A stretch of 61,329 nt of DNA, filler included, from Asterionella formosa (Eukaryota): NCBI GenBank assembly GCA_002256025.1. It is 7 parts of 7 records of this genome, joined end to end, with 100 filler letters (N's around TTAATTAATTAA, not from the genome) between each part and the next. Parts side by side here need not be neighbours in the genome. Positions count along the whole stretch, not along the records: positions 17,577 to 26,252 come from NKIB01011820.1; positions 26,353 to 35,024 come from NKIB01011837.1; 5 more parts are not named here. The stretch is one strand, 5' to 3'. Below are positions 22,144-33,660 of this stretch, piece by piece. The first letter of the stretch is position 1, and every line of letters starts with the position of its first letter. The translations under genes were made by a program, and so were the position numbers. Under the pieces are notes generated by a model. It saw only the letters and a program-made list of their open reading frames with translations. It did no database searches and had not been told where the DNA came from.

Positions 22144-24069
22144 TTACTTCTTGGTGCCACGACGAAACAAACCATTCCTAACCCTGCGACCTTGGTTTCG
22201 AATGCGTTCTCCAGTTGATTGCAATGCCTTTCGGCTTTGAGTGCCAATACGTTCTCGAGTCAATCGAAGCATGAGTCTCAAAAGCTCCCGGTAACTGGTT
22301 TCATATTGCTCAATTTGTGCATCTCTCTCTCTAAGTAATTCCACATAAGAAACAATGGACATTTCAAGTTTGGCAACCTCAGCACTGCGCTCACCAAGTT
22401 TGTCTTGATACGATTTTTCTACACGTCGACTATCATCCAGTGCTCTTGTATTTTCTTTTACCATCTGATCTAATGCCGCCTTCAAATCACCAATCTGCTC
22501 CTTTGATGACTCCAATTCTTTAGCTTGGGGCTCAAGAGCTGCAGTGATAATTTCAATTTTCTCATCATATTTGCGAATGAGTCGACTTCGCTCAGAGCGT
22601 GCATCGCGTTTCTGTTCCTCCAACCTCTTCCCCATTTCATTGCGAATTGCATTGTACCGTTCATTCATTTGTCTAGCCTTGAGCTGTCGAACCCTATCTC
22701 CGTCTTGAATTTTGTCTTCAAGCTTCTTCTTTTCCTTCTTGAATTGTTCAGTATCTTGTTTGAGTTTTGCCTCAACGGCACTCAGTCGAGCTTGATCATC
22801 CAATAATGACATTTCTAAGGCCAACGTTTCTTCTGCAACTCTCACCTGTTCCATTATTAGCTGGTTTTCAACCTTAGCCACACGCTGTTTTTCAAATACA
22901 ATTTTCATTTCCAAATTCCTCTCAGCTTGCTTGAATTCTTCTTCCTTCTCTTGTAGCTTGGTCTCTGCTTGCTTCAACTTGAGCTGTTCCTCTGAAACTC
23001 TCTTTTTCATTTCCTGGCGCTCGACAGTAAATCTCTCCGTCTCTTCACTTAGTTGTATCTTGGTAGCCGAAATGATTTCTTTTTGAGAGGCAATCTCGGC
23101 AGACATGGCACTATGGTCTTCCTCAAACTGACGAGTTTTTTCATTCAACATTTGTGTTGTCTGCTGTAACTTGGATGCGGCTTCCTCAGCTGTGCTCTGC
23201 AACTTTGATCTTTCATTTTGGAATCGTCCTTGTTCTTGTGTCAAGTCTTTTTCAATCAGAGAAAGTCTATCACGTTCTTCTTTGATTTGCTGATTCAATT
23301 CCATGGTGGCCTTTGTAAATCTCATTTGTTCGAATTCCAGATGATCTTCCGCATTCAATAGTCGTGTGCGCATTTCGTCTGCAATCTCACGTTCTTGCAA
23401 CAACAGTTGTTGAGTTTCTTCTAGACTTTGTTTCAAAATATCCACTTCACGTTGCAGCAACTCTTCACGTTGATGAGCTTTGGCAGCTTGGAGCTGTTTC
23501 TGCTCTTCTGATTCTTCTTGTTGAGCTTGTAACTTTTGACCAAATTCAACAATCCTGGTTAAAAAGTTCTTGTCTGATGCTGCCATGTCGTTCCTTGATT
23601 GTTTCAATAACTCTTGTTCTTTTTCATTTAACAATAGTAACGCTTGTTCCATTTCCTCTTGAAGGTTCTCCACACGTTGTTCTGATTCCAATGCACGTTT
23701 TGTAGCATCTGCAATGGTGACTTTCAATTCTTCCATTTTTGCTGTGGCATCTTCAGTAGTAAAAGTTTCAGCAGTAGCTTCTGTTGTTGATGGAATACTC
23801 TCCGTATCAATGCCATTCATGTCGTCGTCACTATTATTACTGGACAAGACCACCATCAACAAGGATGATGTATGGGGCAATAATTGTGGCATGACCCTAG
23901 TATTCAAAGGACGAATCCTATTCATCCTCGCATGATGATTATGTTGAGGAGGACGAAGTACTTGTTTCTGTAGCTGAAAGGCAAAACTAACGGAAAATAA
24001 TAGGCAGAGCCATAATGCCAGGACTGTTCCCACAAACGAAGATATAGATACTGTGACTACCAATCTCAT
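22144..24069 (-). CDS. Long coiled-coil protein with signal peptide, probably plastid-targeted
   Basis: ATG at 24069 (MRLVV..); hydrophobic leader ending SVSFA-FQL (ASAF-like), then a basic transit-like stretch and ~500 aa of E/Q/K/L/R-rich heptads; uninterrupted ORF. Confidence 0.85.
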   Translation of the reverse strand: MRLVVTVSISSFVGTVLALWLCLLFSVSFAFQLQKQVLRPPQHNHHARMNRIRPLNTRVMPQLLPHTSSLLMVVLSSNNSDDDMNGIDTESIPSTTEATAETFTTEDATAKMEELKVTIADATKRALESEQRVENLQEEMEQALLLLNEKEQELLKQSRNDMAASDKNFLTRIVEFGQKLQAQQEESEEQKQLQAAKAHQREELLQREVDILKQSLEETQQLLLQEREIADEMRTRLLNAEDHLEFEQMRFTKATMELNQQIKEERDRLSLIEKDLTQEQGRFQNERSKLQSTAEEAASKLQQTTQMLNEKTRQFEEDHSAMSAEIASQKEIISATKIQLSEETERFTVERQEMKKRVSEEQLKLKQAETKLQEKEEEFKQAERNLEMKIVFEKQRVAKVENQLIMEQVRVAEETLALEMSLLDDQARLSAVEAKLKQDTEQFKKEKKKLEDKIQDGDRVRQLKARQMNERYNAIRNEMGKRLEEQKRDARSERSRLIRKYDEKIEIITAALEPQAKELESSKEQIGDLKAALDQMVKENTRALDDSRRVEKSYQDKLGERSAEVAKLEMSIVSYVELLRERDAQIEQYETSYRELLRLMLRLTRERIGTQSRKALQSTGERIRNQGRRVRNGLFRRGTKK

Positions 24070-25369
24070 GTTTGTTGGGTTATGGTAACGGTGCAATACT
24101 GTTTGTATGTGTATTGAAAATTATGATGCAATTGTTGTTGCGTTCGTTTTGTGCTTTTCCCTTAACATATACAGTATATGAATGGAACCACAAGGATAGT
24201 CAAGTAATCCCCCCCACCCTGCTTTGATGGTTCAATCTTGATCGATAGGATGTGATGTGCAATTACTTATTTGATTTATGTATTGAAGTACCCTCTCATC
24301 AAAAGATCAAAAGTATTGATTAGATAACAAATATATAAATAACGTAAGCAAGCAAAGAACAGTGAACAACAACAACAACAAAAAGCAACCACCCACCACC
24401 AGCGCAGGAGAGTCGGATGACTCATTATAGACAATCTACCTACCGGGTACTCCTACCAGGTACTATATACTGGTGTACATGCGTTTTCTTAGTACGTATG
24501 TACATGTACATACCTGGTTGTTTGCTGTACTGGTAAGACCCCCCCGACCGGAAGATTCGATGAATTTTACCGTTGTATAAATGTGTATGTGATGAATACG
24601 ACTCCAAAAATGTTTATGCCTTCAGTGTGCCCTTTTCGATGAATTACTCTACATATGACGTACCGCAGCTAATTTATGAACCGGTAGTAAGTAATGGTAC
24701 CAGGTACTACGAACAATAGTATACTCCTCTGGAGTACCTGGTACTATCTATCAATGCTCCACCTACGGTACCTGGTACCAGGGTAGTTAGTATCTATCAA
24801 AGTGCATCGGCAGCCAACATGCTGATGATTTCTTTATTTCAATTCGTACACCGCTGGTCAGGCAGGAACAGTCATCATAACAACAAGAACAAAAGAAGGT
24901 AGACAACTGGTAGTCTCTCTCAAAGAATCCTTCTTCTCATTTCTATTCTTGACCATAGTTTACCTACAGAGGATCAACGAAAAAGGACGAGAGGGGTCTA
25001 GAGCAAACATTCCAATCAGGACATGATTTTCTATTAAAAAACACGGCCCTTAAAAATTGAGGTCAGGTTCACCTAATTCTAGGCTACTGTAGTATACTTG
25101 GAACATTTATTTTAGACACCATTCAGTTTGGAATAATTTTTAAATAGGAAGGGCTGTTATTCAGAGAATTATTGGGGCTTGCACTTCATGAGAGGCAGTG
25201 ACCTAAAGTTTGGTTGCAACTATACTGACAGAGAGAGTATTTATTAGTTTTGGCATAGCAACGAATTCCTCATTGACAGAGACCTGACAGTATGGTACCT
25301 ACTAAAGCAGTGTATGTATTAATAGTACATGATGAATACACATGAAGTAAAGATGGTGGGAGAACTTGC

Positions 25370-26230
25370 TCATTGAGGGACAGGGGATATCCTTATTTCT
25401 CTGTTTCTGTCTCTGTCATGATGTTGTGAATTGGGAATAGCATATTGCATATGGAATGCATGTGTTGTCGTGGGAATCGATTGAGTAAGATTCGGCGGAG
25501 GGGCTTCATCGACATTTGATGGTTTAGTACCATTGGTAGAATTACCAAAAGTGGATACCACCTTGCGATATGAATAAAGTGGCGTCTGTCGTTGCAACAC
25601 TTGAGCAGCAGCATATTGGTCTGCCAATCCCATCATGCGTGCGTTGCGAGATGCAATAGCTGTACAACGCTCCGACACAGAAGCGATTTCACATGCCATG
25701 TCATGGTCGCTGACAGAATCTTGTCCTCGTAGTCTCGCCTGTGTTTCCAGTACCATATGAATTGGATATATAATGTCGGCGGCTCGCCTTTGCTTCATTG
25801 ACTTGTTATGGATCCATCGTTCCAAGCCTCGGCTGCACATGCTATGACGTACCCAGCGGTTCAAACGTTGTTGAACCGATGCATCGTTGTCGCCGCGACA
25901 ACGTTCTGAACAGAACATGTAGTCCAGGATGTGCCGGTTCAACCCATGTGCTCTTGCTTCCTTGGCGATCATATGTGCCGTTGCTTTGAAGAACATGTAA
26001 TCTTCGACTTGGTACCAGATCAATTGAGCATGTTCGGGGGAGCCATCCCAAGAGTCGGGTACACCACTGATGATGTTGCAATTCTCGCAGTCACTGAACG
26101 TCACTGTCCTACTACCGGTAGTCGTGCCTGAGACTGTACCACCTCGAGGGGCCGACATGGCAGGAGGAAGTGATGAAGATGCTGCTTCGAGGATTGCTGC
26201 TGGCTGATGGTGATAATGCTGGGTGCTCAT
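25370..26230 (-). CDS. Diatom-type hypothetical protein (VxF..WY..RGLE..VLxxQ..ARxxGLxD family)
   Basis: 286-aa ORF with VTFS, LIWYQVEDYMFFK, SRGLE, VLETQARL, IASVSERCT, ARMMGLADQ. Confidence 0.8.
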   Translation of the reverse strand: MSTQHYHHQPAAILEAASSSLPPAMSAPRGGTVSGTTTGSRTVTFSDCENCNIISGVPDSWDGSPEHAQLIWYQVEDYMFFKATAHMIAKEARAHGLNRHILDYMFCSERCRGDNDASVQQRLNRWVRHSMCSRGLERWIHNKSMKQRRAADIIYPIHMVLETQARLRGQDSVSDHDMACEIASVSERCTAIASRNARMMGLADQYAAAQVLQRQTPLYSYRKVVSTFGNSTNGTKPSNVDEAPPPNLTQSIPTTTHAFHMQYAIPNSQHHDRDRNREIRISPVPQ

Positions 26231-26252
26231 GAGAATGTGGACAAACGATGAA

Positions 26253-26352
26253 NNNNNNNNNNNNNNNNNNNNNNNNNNNNNNNNNNNNNNNNNNNNTTAA
26301 TTAATTAANNNNNNNNNNNNNNNNNNNNNNNNNNNNNNNNNNNNNNNNNNNN
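26253..26352. other. Artificial scaffold linker
   Basis: N run + TTAATTAATTAA + N run, 100 bp. Confidence 0.97.
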
Positions 26353-27714
26353 ATGTAGATTAATAGATAGCATTGCTAAATTTGATAGTTAAATTACGAT
26401 CCATTTCAATCTATTTTGAACAATGCTTGTGATTAGAATTATGATCATGTTTACGATAGATTTACGATGAAGCAATTTAAATGATAGCATAGAGTTGAGC
26501 TGATTTTAGGATGCGCTGTAGTAACAATTTACATAGAGCAATCACGAGAATTGAAAATAATATGAGAAGGTTTATGATGTTGATGAGTAATGTTGTTGAT
26601 CAGTTGATATACATTTTGTGATGATAATGTCTTATTATCAGTATACTTCAAGGTCGGTAAAATATTAATAAATCATCATAGTTATAGGATACCTTGATCA
26701 TAGTTTTGATCCCAAAATTATCATATATACGAAAATCCTGTGCCACAGCGTACAATACCTTTGATCCTATATGCATGATACTTTTTATTTGCAGACGTTG
26801 GCTAGATTTCACAGCCAAAAATGCTCCTATTCTTGCAAAGGCATGGTGATTGCATTTACATGATGACTTTCAATTACTCCAATATTGAGTTAGGAAGATT
26901 CCAAAATGATTTTTCTTTGTAAAATTGATGGTTTTCAACACTGATGACAGCAGGTTCTCCTAACCACGGAAAAATAGTGTGTACAAAGATTCAGTGTAAT
27001 CTATCCCTTTGATTTGGACGCTACTATTCATGCAAGACAACCTGTGCGATCATTGATTTGTTTCGCAGCATTAAGAGCATGTTTGAGGAACAGTATAGCT
27101 GGTAGCATGCTCGCATTAAGAGAAGGCAGGAGAGATGGGGGGGGGGCAAAAGTTCCAACACTGTGGTGAAAACGAATGAATTCCTTTGTTGCACAAAAGT
27201 GACCGAAAATGCACAATGAGTTTGTCTGGGGAATTCATGTCTATTCACGAGGTTAAAATTTTTAAATCGCAGAGAGAATAAGCAATGAAATGCTTTGTGT
27301 CTACATGAATGTCTGTATTTAACTTCAAAATGACCTACTCAAGATTCCATAGAAATATTGACCACGGCAATTTCTACAAACATGATAGTCAGTAGATAAT
27401 TTTACATTGAGGTATTTTCTTGCATTTTGAGATGTTGCACCCTCTCCGAGATTTCTATTACTCATGTTTTATCATCTATTTTTCAGAAGGTAGAAATTAT
27501 TATCTAATAGAAGACATCAAGTAGGTCAACACGGACTCAACGATGTATCGTTTTTGTTCACATCCTCAAAACTGAGAAAACGACGACGAAAACAAATTCT
27601 AGAGGCAATTTCAAATTTTGCTGTCAATATTGGTGCAAATCTTATTATTATTGACAAGAAAGCATTTGAAACACGACAGGATTGTTTCCCATAGGAACCA
27701 AATCCATGTGATCA

Positions 27715-28140
27715 TTGGGAAGTGAAGATTTTTTTCTTTGAGACAGATAGGGCACAAGAAGTTGGCTGGAATAGGAACATTTGGGGGTAGACCAATAAAC
27801 CTCTTCCCATTGAGCAGTAATTCCATAGCTCGGCTTGGCATCTGGGATAACCCATGCGTAATGGATAAGATGATATAGAGCAACTTTATAAGGTTTCATA
27901 GTATTGACTAAATTAATATCAGAGGTAGTGATCAAGAGAGTGGGCTTATGGAGGGTGGGTACAATGAGATAATCGACATCATCGAATGTAAGAAGTTTAA
28001 ATGAGTACTATTCTTTTCCATTTGGGAGCTTTAATCATAGGAGATCGTCATGAAGGCAAAGGCGATGATCTGCTTTGTACCCAAGCTTTTTGAGGGCATG
28101 GATGAATACCAAGGAATTAACGGCAAAAATGGGGAAGTTC
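27715..28140 (-). pseudogene. Ty1/copia-like retrotransposon fragment (GAG-pre-integrase region)
   Basis: Frameshifted ..YHLIHY../..RAMELLLNGKRFIGLPPNVPIPANFLCPICLKEK, resembling the H..LGH...CxxC pre-integrase zinc motif. Confidence 0.5.
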
Positions 28141-28160
28141 AAACACTTTCTTTTCTTCAG

Positions 28161-28268
28161 CTGCACCCCCGGCCCGGAACCCTAGGGACTACATGAAAAA
28201 GGCAGGTGGAGAATGTAGGAATCGAACCCGCCACCACATAAGGTGTGCTAACCACTAAACCATTCCCT
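28161..28268 (-). mobile_element. tRNA-derived SINE, 3'-truncated copy
   Basis: Head 28268-28207: AGGGAATGGTTTAGTGGTTAGC..GCGGGTTCGATTCCTACATTCTCCA (A and B boxes), then the family body ATGTAGTCCCTAGGGTTCCG; no TSD found. Confidence 0.75.
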
Positions 28269-28804
28269 GGTGTACGTACAAGTTGAACAACAGTGAACAA
28301 TATAGATTTGGTTGTGCATTGACTTCTACTGACGATTCGATGCAAGTAGCTAGTATATGTGGCTGCAAGTAACCATTTGACAGGCAGAACAGATCGCTAT
28401 CACTTGCTCATCTTGCTCCTAACTAAATATAACTAAGTTCTGATAGAGAAAAGATGTTTTGGGTGAAATAAAATTTACCTTGGATGAATCATGTGGCCCA
28501 CGTCAGAAATATAAATATACTTACAGGTAATTTATTTTAAAGAACAAAACTATTTCACCAGATTTGAGATGCTCATATCTTTTCAGTTGAAGAAAAAATC
28601 GGCTGAAATGATATAACAGATCGAAATCAAGCTCGGTTACTAGGGCCTGCGATGATTCAAGCTAATGAATCAATCAGATTTGCATCAAATAGTTCAAAAA
28701 AGGCAAATACACTGTTTTGATTTGCTAGGTAATTCGATCATCATGACAACGTTGTGTGTTCCTGTATGTAGAATACGGAAATATCACCAAACAACCAAAT
28801 TGTA

Positions 28805-29035
28805 TCACAACTCGAAATGAGGAAACCGGAATAATGACTGCAACAAGGGATGAAAAGGCAACAGTAGCAGGAAGAACTCCAGTTGATGCGGAAACCGGAG
28901 CCAACACTGCAACAATGAATGAAAAGGCGTCAACAGACACAACTCCTGCAACAAGGTTTGAAAAGGCAACAGTAACAGGATGAACAACTCAAAATGCGGA
29001 AAGTGGAACAATGACTGCAGAGAGAATCGAAAATG
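28805..29035. repeat. Degenerate tandem repeat
   Basis: Recurrent ATG(A/C)GGAAA..GGA and CTGCAACAA....TGAAAAGGC blocks, three to four times. Confidence 0.6.
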
Positions 29036-29834
29036 CTAAATCAAGAATAAGGAAAATGACTGCAAGAATTACAGCAGGAACAAAGGAAAAGAACACAAGC
29101 AACAATAACACGAAAAACAGGATCATGTGACATGACTGACGAGAGAAAAAATGAAATTGTTTTTAACACTGCGGGAAAAAACAAACAAGATCGACGTTGG
29201 CGTAGTATTGAAATCATCGAATATCAGGGGTCAGAATTTCTTAGCCGAGAAAACATTCTTTTAAAGCTCAATTGCCCCAAATTGCCTTGAAATATTTATC
29301 CGGGACTCGAAAAAGATGACCGTGACTGTGTGGCATATTCACAAATCAAGCACTCGTATATAGATACTGCGATTTATCGCTGAGGAATGAAAAAAATCAG
29401 GAAACGAAATAAATAGCGTCGAATCAGCAGATTCACTAGTAAATTCTGCTGATCTTGATTTTTAACAGAACAACTTCCTGGAGCATCCCGGGTACGACAA
29501 ACAATTCATACATGCATTCGTTAAGATCCTTTCTGACATGAACACATCCGAATTTCAATACATTCTGAATACTTGCGTGGTGAACGAACTGATGCTTACA
29601 TACTGCGTACATAATTAATAGTATGGGGTAAATGGTAAATCAGGTAGTTAGTATGGAGTACCAGATAGAAAGGAGTACCGTAGAAGATTCTGTACATCCC
29701 GTCCTTCTCGTTCGCTGTTCGCAAATTCTACAAAGAGTGGAGATCGCTGACGTAATAGTCATTACCCAAATCAGTTCAATCCAACACATACCCACTAATT
29801 GACATTCTCTTCCTTCTACTTATAGAAGACACAA

Positions 29835-30938
29835 ATGCAAGTTCGTCAGGCGGAGAAGCAAAAAGCGATGACATCGAGTCTCGTCGATCGCGACGCAGAA
29901 ACTGCCGTTCCAAGAAATGACGCTGTCAAGCAGCAGTTGACTGACGTTGATGGGAATAGTTCTAGCTCCACATTGTCACTGGAGCCGACGTTGGGCTCTG
30001 ATTACTCGGAATGCGACGAACCGTTGGCCAAACGCAGCGAAGTGAAACAGGAAGAATCGTATGCTGTCGCTCCCAACGAAAGCGATCACAATACCTTGCA
30101 AAGAAAGGTCCTAAGTACGTCCTTTGGCCACGTCTATCCCGAGGAAGCCCGCTTGTTCAAGTCAGGTTCCACAGGCGATCTTTCCCGCCCAGTCGCGAGA
30201 GTCAAAATGTCACGCAGGATGTCAACTTCAGATCTTCCCACTCAGCAACAGGCCAACGTCAACTTTATCAAGAACCGCGGCATTTTGGTCGTCAAGACAC
30301 AAGCAGATTCACTGCACTTGGAGAAAAATGACTACACCTACAGAGAAATGCGCCGCTGGAGGCGCCAACATCTAACTGGACAAGGCGTCCAATTTGGAGT
30401 CTGCGAAATTAGAGAATACCCTGTTACGCTAGGCGACAATCCCGGGGGGAATTGGGGACCGCCTCTCACGCTGAGTTGGGACCACTACGGGACCTTTACC
30501 ATGCTCCTTGAAGAGTTCGAATCTCAACATCCACCTCGCCGAACCGGATCTCAAATGAATCTCCCTCGGTCGGTTCGCGAAGATATGCTGCGCAATGCCG
30601 GCTTTTCGCGGGGGGAGATCCGAGCGGGATCGAAGGAAGTGAATAAATCCAGAGGGCAGAGAAGGCGAACTAGAGAGTTACAACAGTTGACTGGACTGCA
30701 AGAACTGACGGAAAAGCTATCACGCGGCACTAGCAACGCTATTTTTCGACGTGGAAAGAAAAAGCAGGAGCGAACATACTTGCAGCATGCGATGGAGGTT
30801 CACCAAATGAAAGTGCAGCAGGAAGAATCAGAAGATGAACTAATTGACGAGCTGCATGTTTCAACCATTGGTGGAAACGAGGAGAATTCATCAGAGGATG
30901 ATGAGGAACATCCCCCATGGGATTTTCAACTTCGGTAA
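29835..30938 (+). CDS. Diatom-type hypothetical protein (VxF..IREY..GDNP..GPPLTLxW family)
   Basis: 367-aa ORF with GVQFGVCEIREYPVTLGDNPGGNWGPPLTLSWDH and VREDMLRNAGFSRGEI; coding-like GC content. Confidence 0.85.
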   Translation: MQVRQAEKQKAMTSSLVDRDAETAVPRNDAVKQQLTDVDGNSSSSTLSLEPTLGSDYSECDEPLAKRSEVKQEESYAVAPNESDHNTLQRKVLSTSFGHVYPEEARLFKSGSTGDLSRPVARVKMSRRMSTSDLPTQQQANVNFIKNRGILVVKTQADSLHLEKNDYTYREMRRWRRQHLTGQGVQFGVCEIREYPVTLGDNPGGNWGPPLTLSWDHYGTFTMLLEEFESQHPPRRTGSQMNLPRSVREDMLRNAGFSRGEIRAGSKEVNKSRGQRRRTRELQQLTGLQELTEKLSRGTSNAIFRRGKKKQERTYLQHAMEVHQMKVQQEESEDELIDELHVSTIGGNEENSSEDDEEHPPWDFQLR

Positions 30939-31599
30939 AGGACACTGAACAAACATTCTATTTCAGTGACAGTTGAATATTTGTATCATGATGACAATTT
31001 GTTTGCATGTAGTGCACATGACACCAAATATATAAGATGTCTTCTGGGGTGTTTCTAGCCTCTTTAATCACAAAGCAATAGCAATGAAGAATACCTATAT
31101 ACCTAGTGTTAGTGCAACTCTTGGAGTACACATCTTAGTATTTGCCCTAAAACAACACAGAGATGGCAGCTGGTTGTATGTGTGTACCCGCGCTGACATA
31201 TCGTGATTGTAGTGATCTATGTGAGCAGCACACTTTTGCCTTGATGGAGTGAATGACAACACAGCAGTCTGTTGCATTGGTACTACCAATGCTGATGGTA
31301 TGGGTCGTGTTTCTTGCATGGTTGCCATGGCTCACTATGCCTCTGAGTTGGTGTGGCAACCTTCTTCTGTCATGCTGAGAGATTCAGCTTGTTGATTTAT
31401 GACTCTGCAATTTACGATGACTTCGGGGCAGGAGGAACGGATTGGGACAATTATTTTGCGATTTTGATGGAAGATAGGATTTACTTTCAATTATTATAGC
31501 TAGCTGCCCTGCCTGGTAACAGGTACCCAGTAAGAATGGCAACGATCAAGTTTAAATGGATGTCCATCACTGTATAATGGTGTATACCGGCAGCTCTAC

Positions 31600-33650
31600 C
31601 GGTAGCCGCTTTGCCTAGGACTCCTGTTTACTACACAACTCTTTTGTGGTGGGCTAAGTAGACACCTAGTAGTGTAGGTGGTAACGCTGTTTGATGGTGG
31701 TAATGGCGGGTTTACTAGGGTTTCCGACACCTTTGCACCACCGTACACAGAGTCCATGGACTAGGTTTCCGCCCTATGGGCTATAGGCTAAACCGGGGTG
31801 GGGCTGCCGTTAGGGGGCGATTGGGTTGGGTAGGTCGACCAGGGCGTTGGGAACATCCTGGCCGGGAATGAGAGTGTAGGTGCCCCCCACAAGCATGTGG
31901 CGGGCAAGGTCTTGCATAACTGGCTGGGCCTGTAGGTGTAAGTACTGCAGTATTTCTTTAGATTGCCAGCGGCCAATTACTAAGCGAATGCGGTTGGTAT
32001 CAACATGCGCGCACAGTAGAGCCATAGCGCCGACCCCCGGAGTGATCAGGCACTCACATCAGAGGGAAGAAAACCTAAGGATGATCCGATGAGGGCTGCA
32101 GAGGCACAGAGTGCAACGGTGATATTGGTGGCCATAATGTACGTCCAGCGGTGATTGTGGTGGCGGCCATTGAGGAGGGGGGGGGGGGGGGGGGTGGGGG
32201 CGGGGGGGGGGGGAAAATAAAGGATTCGCTGCGCAATAGCCCGGACAGGGCAGGCATGCTGGTGTCCGCTGCACTGGTGACCGATAACTTCACCACGAAC
32301 GCCACTTTTTTGGTTGGTAAAGTGAGAGAGGCGAAAGTGGCAAGGGCGAGGTCAGCCAGGGGACACTGCAGATGTAGAAGGCGCTGGGTACCAATCCAGA
32401 GTTGAACGTCCTGGAGGCGAAAAAGGGAAAATTGGTGAATGTCCTCGGCATGGGGGAGACCTGTGTATTCACCGGACCGCATGAGAAAAAAATATCCTAT
32501 AAATGCCATATCTGAAGTGGCCTAACCGGTGGGGTTGGTAGTGGTCATGGCCTGTGTGTGGGCATGGAGGAGGAGCGGGAGTGGGATGGGTTTGACACGC
32601 GAGGGGGGCGAGTCAAGTTTTCCGTAGAATTTTTGTTGGCGAAGAAGACGGAAGTCTCCAAAGGGTTTAGATGAGGGTCTGGGGACCCCAAGCTGGAGTA
32701 CGTCTGCGCAATCTGACGCACGGCATCTTCCACTGTGCAAGACCGAACCTGTTGTCTGGAGGGGGAGATCTAGCCAGTCTTGTGCAGCCGGGATTTGTCG
32801 GCTCACTACCATGGCGGCATAACGGGGTGGTAAATATACGATACTTCGCACTGTAAAGTAGTCAGTATATTGACCATAAAGGGAGTTTCCAGCTGCATCA
32901 GACATGGGGCCCATGAAATCTCCCTTTTCATCAGAGTGCGGCTCCCAATTGGCTAGTGCTTCATCCATGATTGGGAGGGTGGGAGCATACACCGAACCTG
33001 CAACAGCAAATACCTCGGGAGCGATGTGCACCAAGGGTATCTGGTTTGCGGTGATGTCTCCAAGAATTCCGAATAGTTTGTTATCCCAAGGGGAGGATTC
33101 GGTGAAGGATCCCGGGTAGCGGAAGATACGATGCACACAGGCGATGTTTCCTGTGTCATTCACGCGAATGGCGACAGCGAAAGCTTGATGCGTGGCTGGT
33201 TTCACCGCCAATAACTATTCTGTTTGCCAATTTTGTGGCATTGAGCACCTCCGGACCCAAAGCGGAAGTGACCTCATAGATGCGGCGATAATCACCATCA
33301 AGGCAGTCGAAGTCCGGGTCTCGGAAACACATGGCGTAATCGCCCATAGACGTCATTTCACGAGTGGTGTGACACTCCAGTTCGATACGTGTAGGAGTCG
33401 ACTGTGAAGGAGGAATGCAGCTGCGCAGTGGCGAAGCAAATGGATGACAGGAAGTTTAATCTTTTTTCGGACGACCGTCTTGGTGTATTTCCGCGATGTT
33501 ATCCTTCCGTGGGCTCCTGAGCTTGCTTTCGTAGTCAGCACTGCTCGAGCCAGTCTTCCGTTTCAACAAGGTTGCTTTCGAAGTCAGCGGTTTTGATGAA
33601 ATAATGATTCTTTTTTCTTTTCAACTGCCGGAGGTTGAGGTGTGTGGTGC
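31600..33650 (-). mobile_element. Tyrosine-recombinase (DIRS-order) retrotransposon, degenerate internal-deletion derivative
   Basis: GC-rich island. Gag-like ORF1 fragments (~33350-32770) join directly to YR fragments: EDAVRQIAQTYSSLGSPDP, DSPPSRVKPIP, IGYFFLMRSGEYT, SA*SLR.GAMALL, GRWQS..LQYLHLQA. Stops and frameshifts; no RT/RNase H seen. Boundaries approximate. Confidence 0.75.
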
Positions 33651-33660
33651 TGGGGTGTGC

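Noticed and set aside
32174..32213. Long G run as a G-quadruplex or polyproline feature
   Set aside because: Lies in a dead YR frame; homopolymer expansion or sequencing artefact is more likely.
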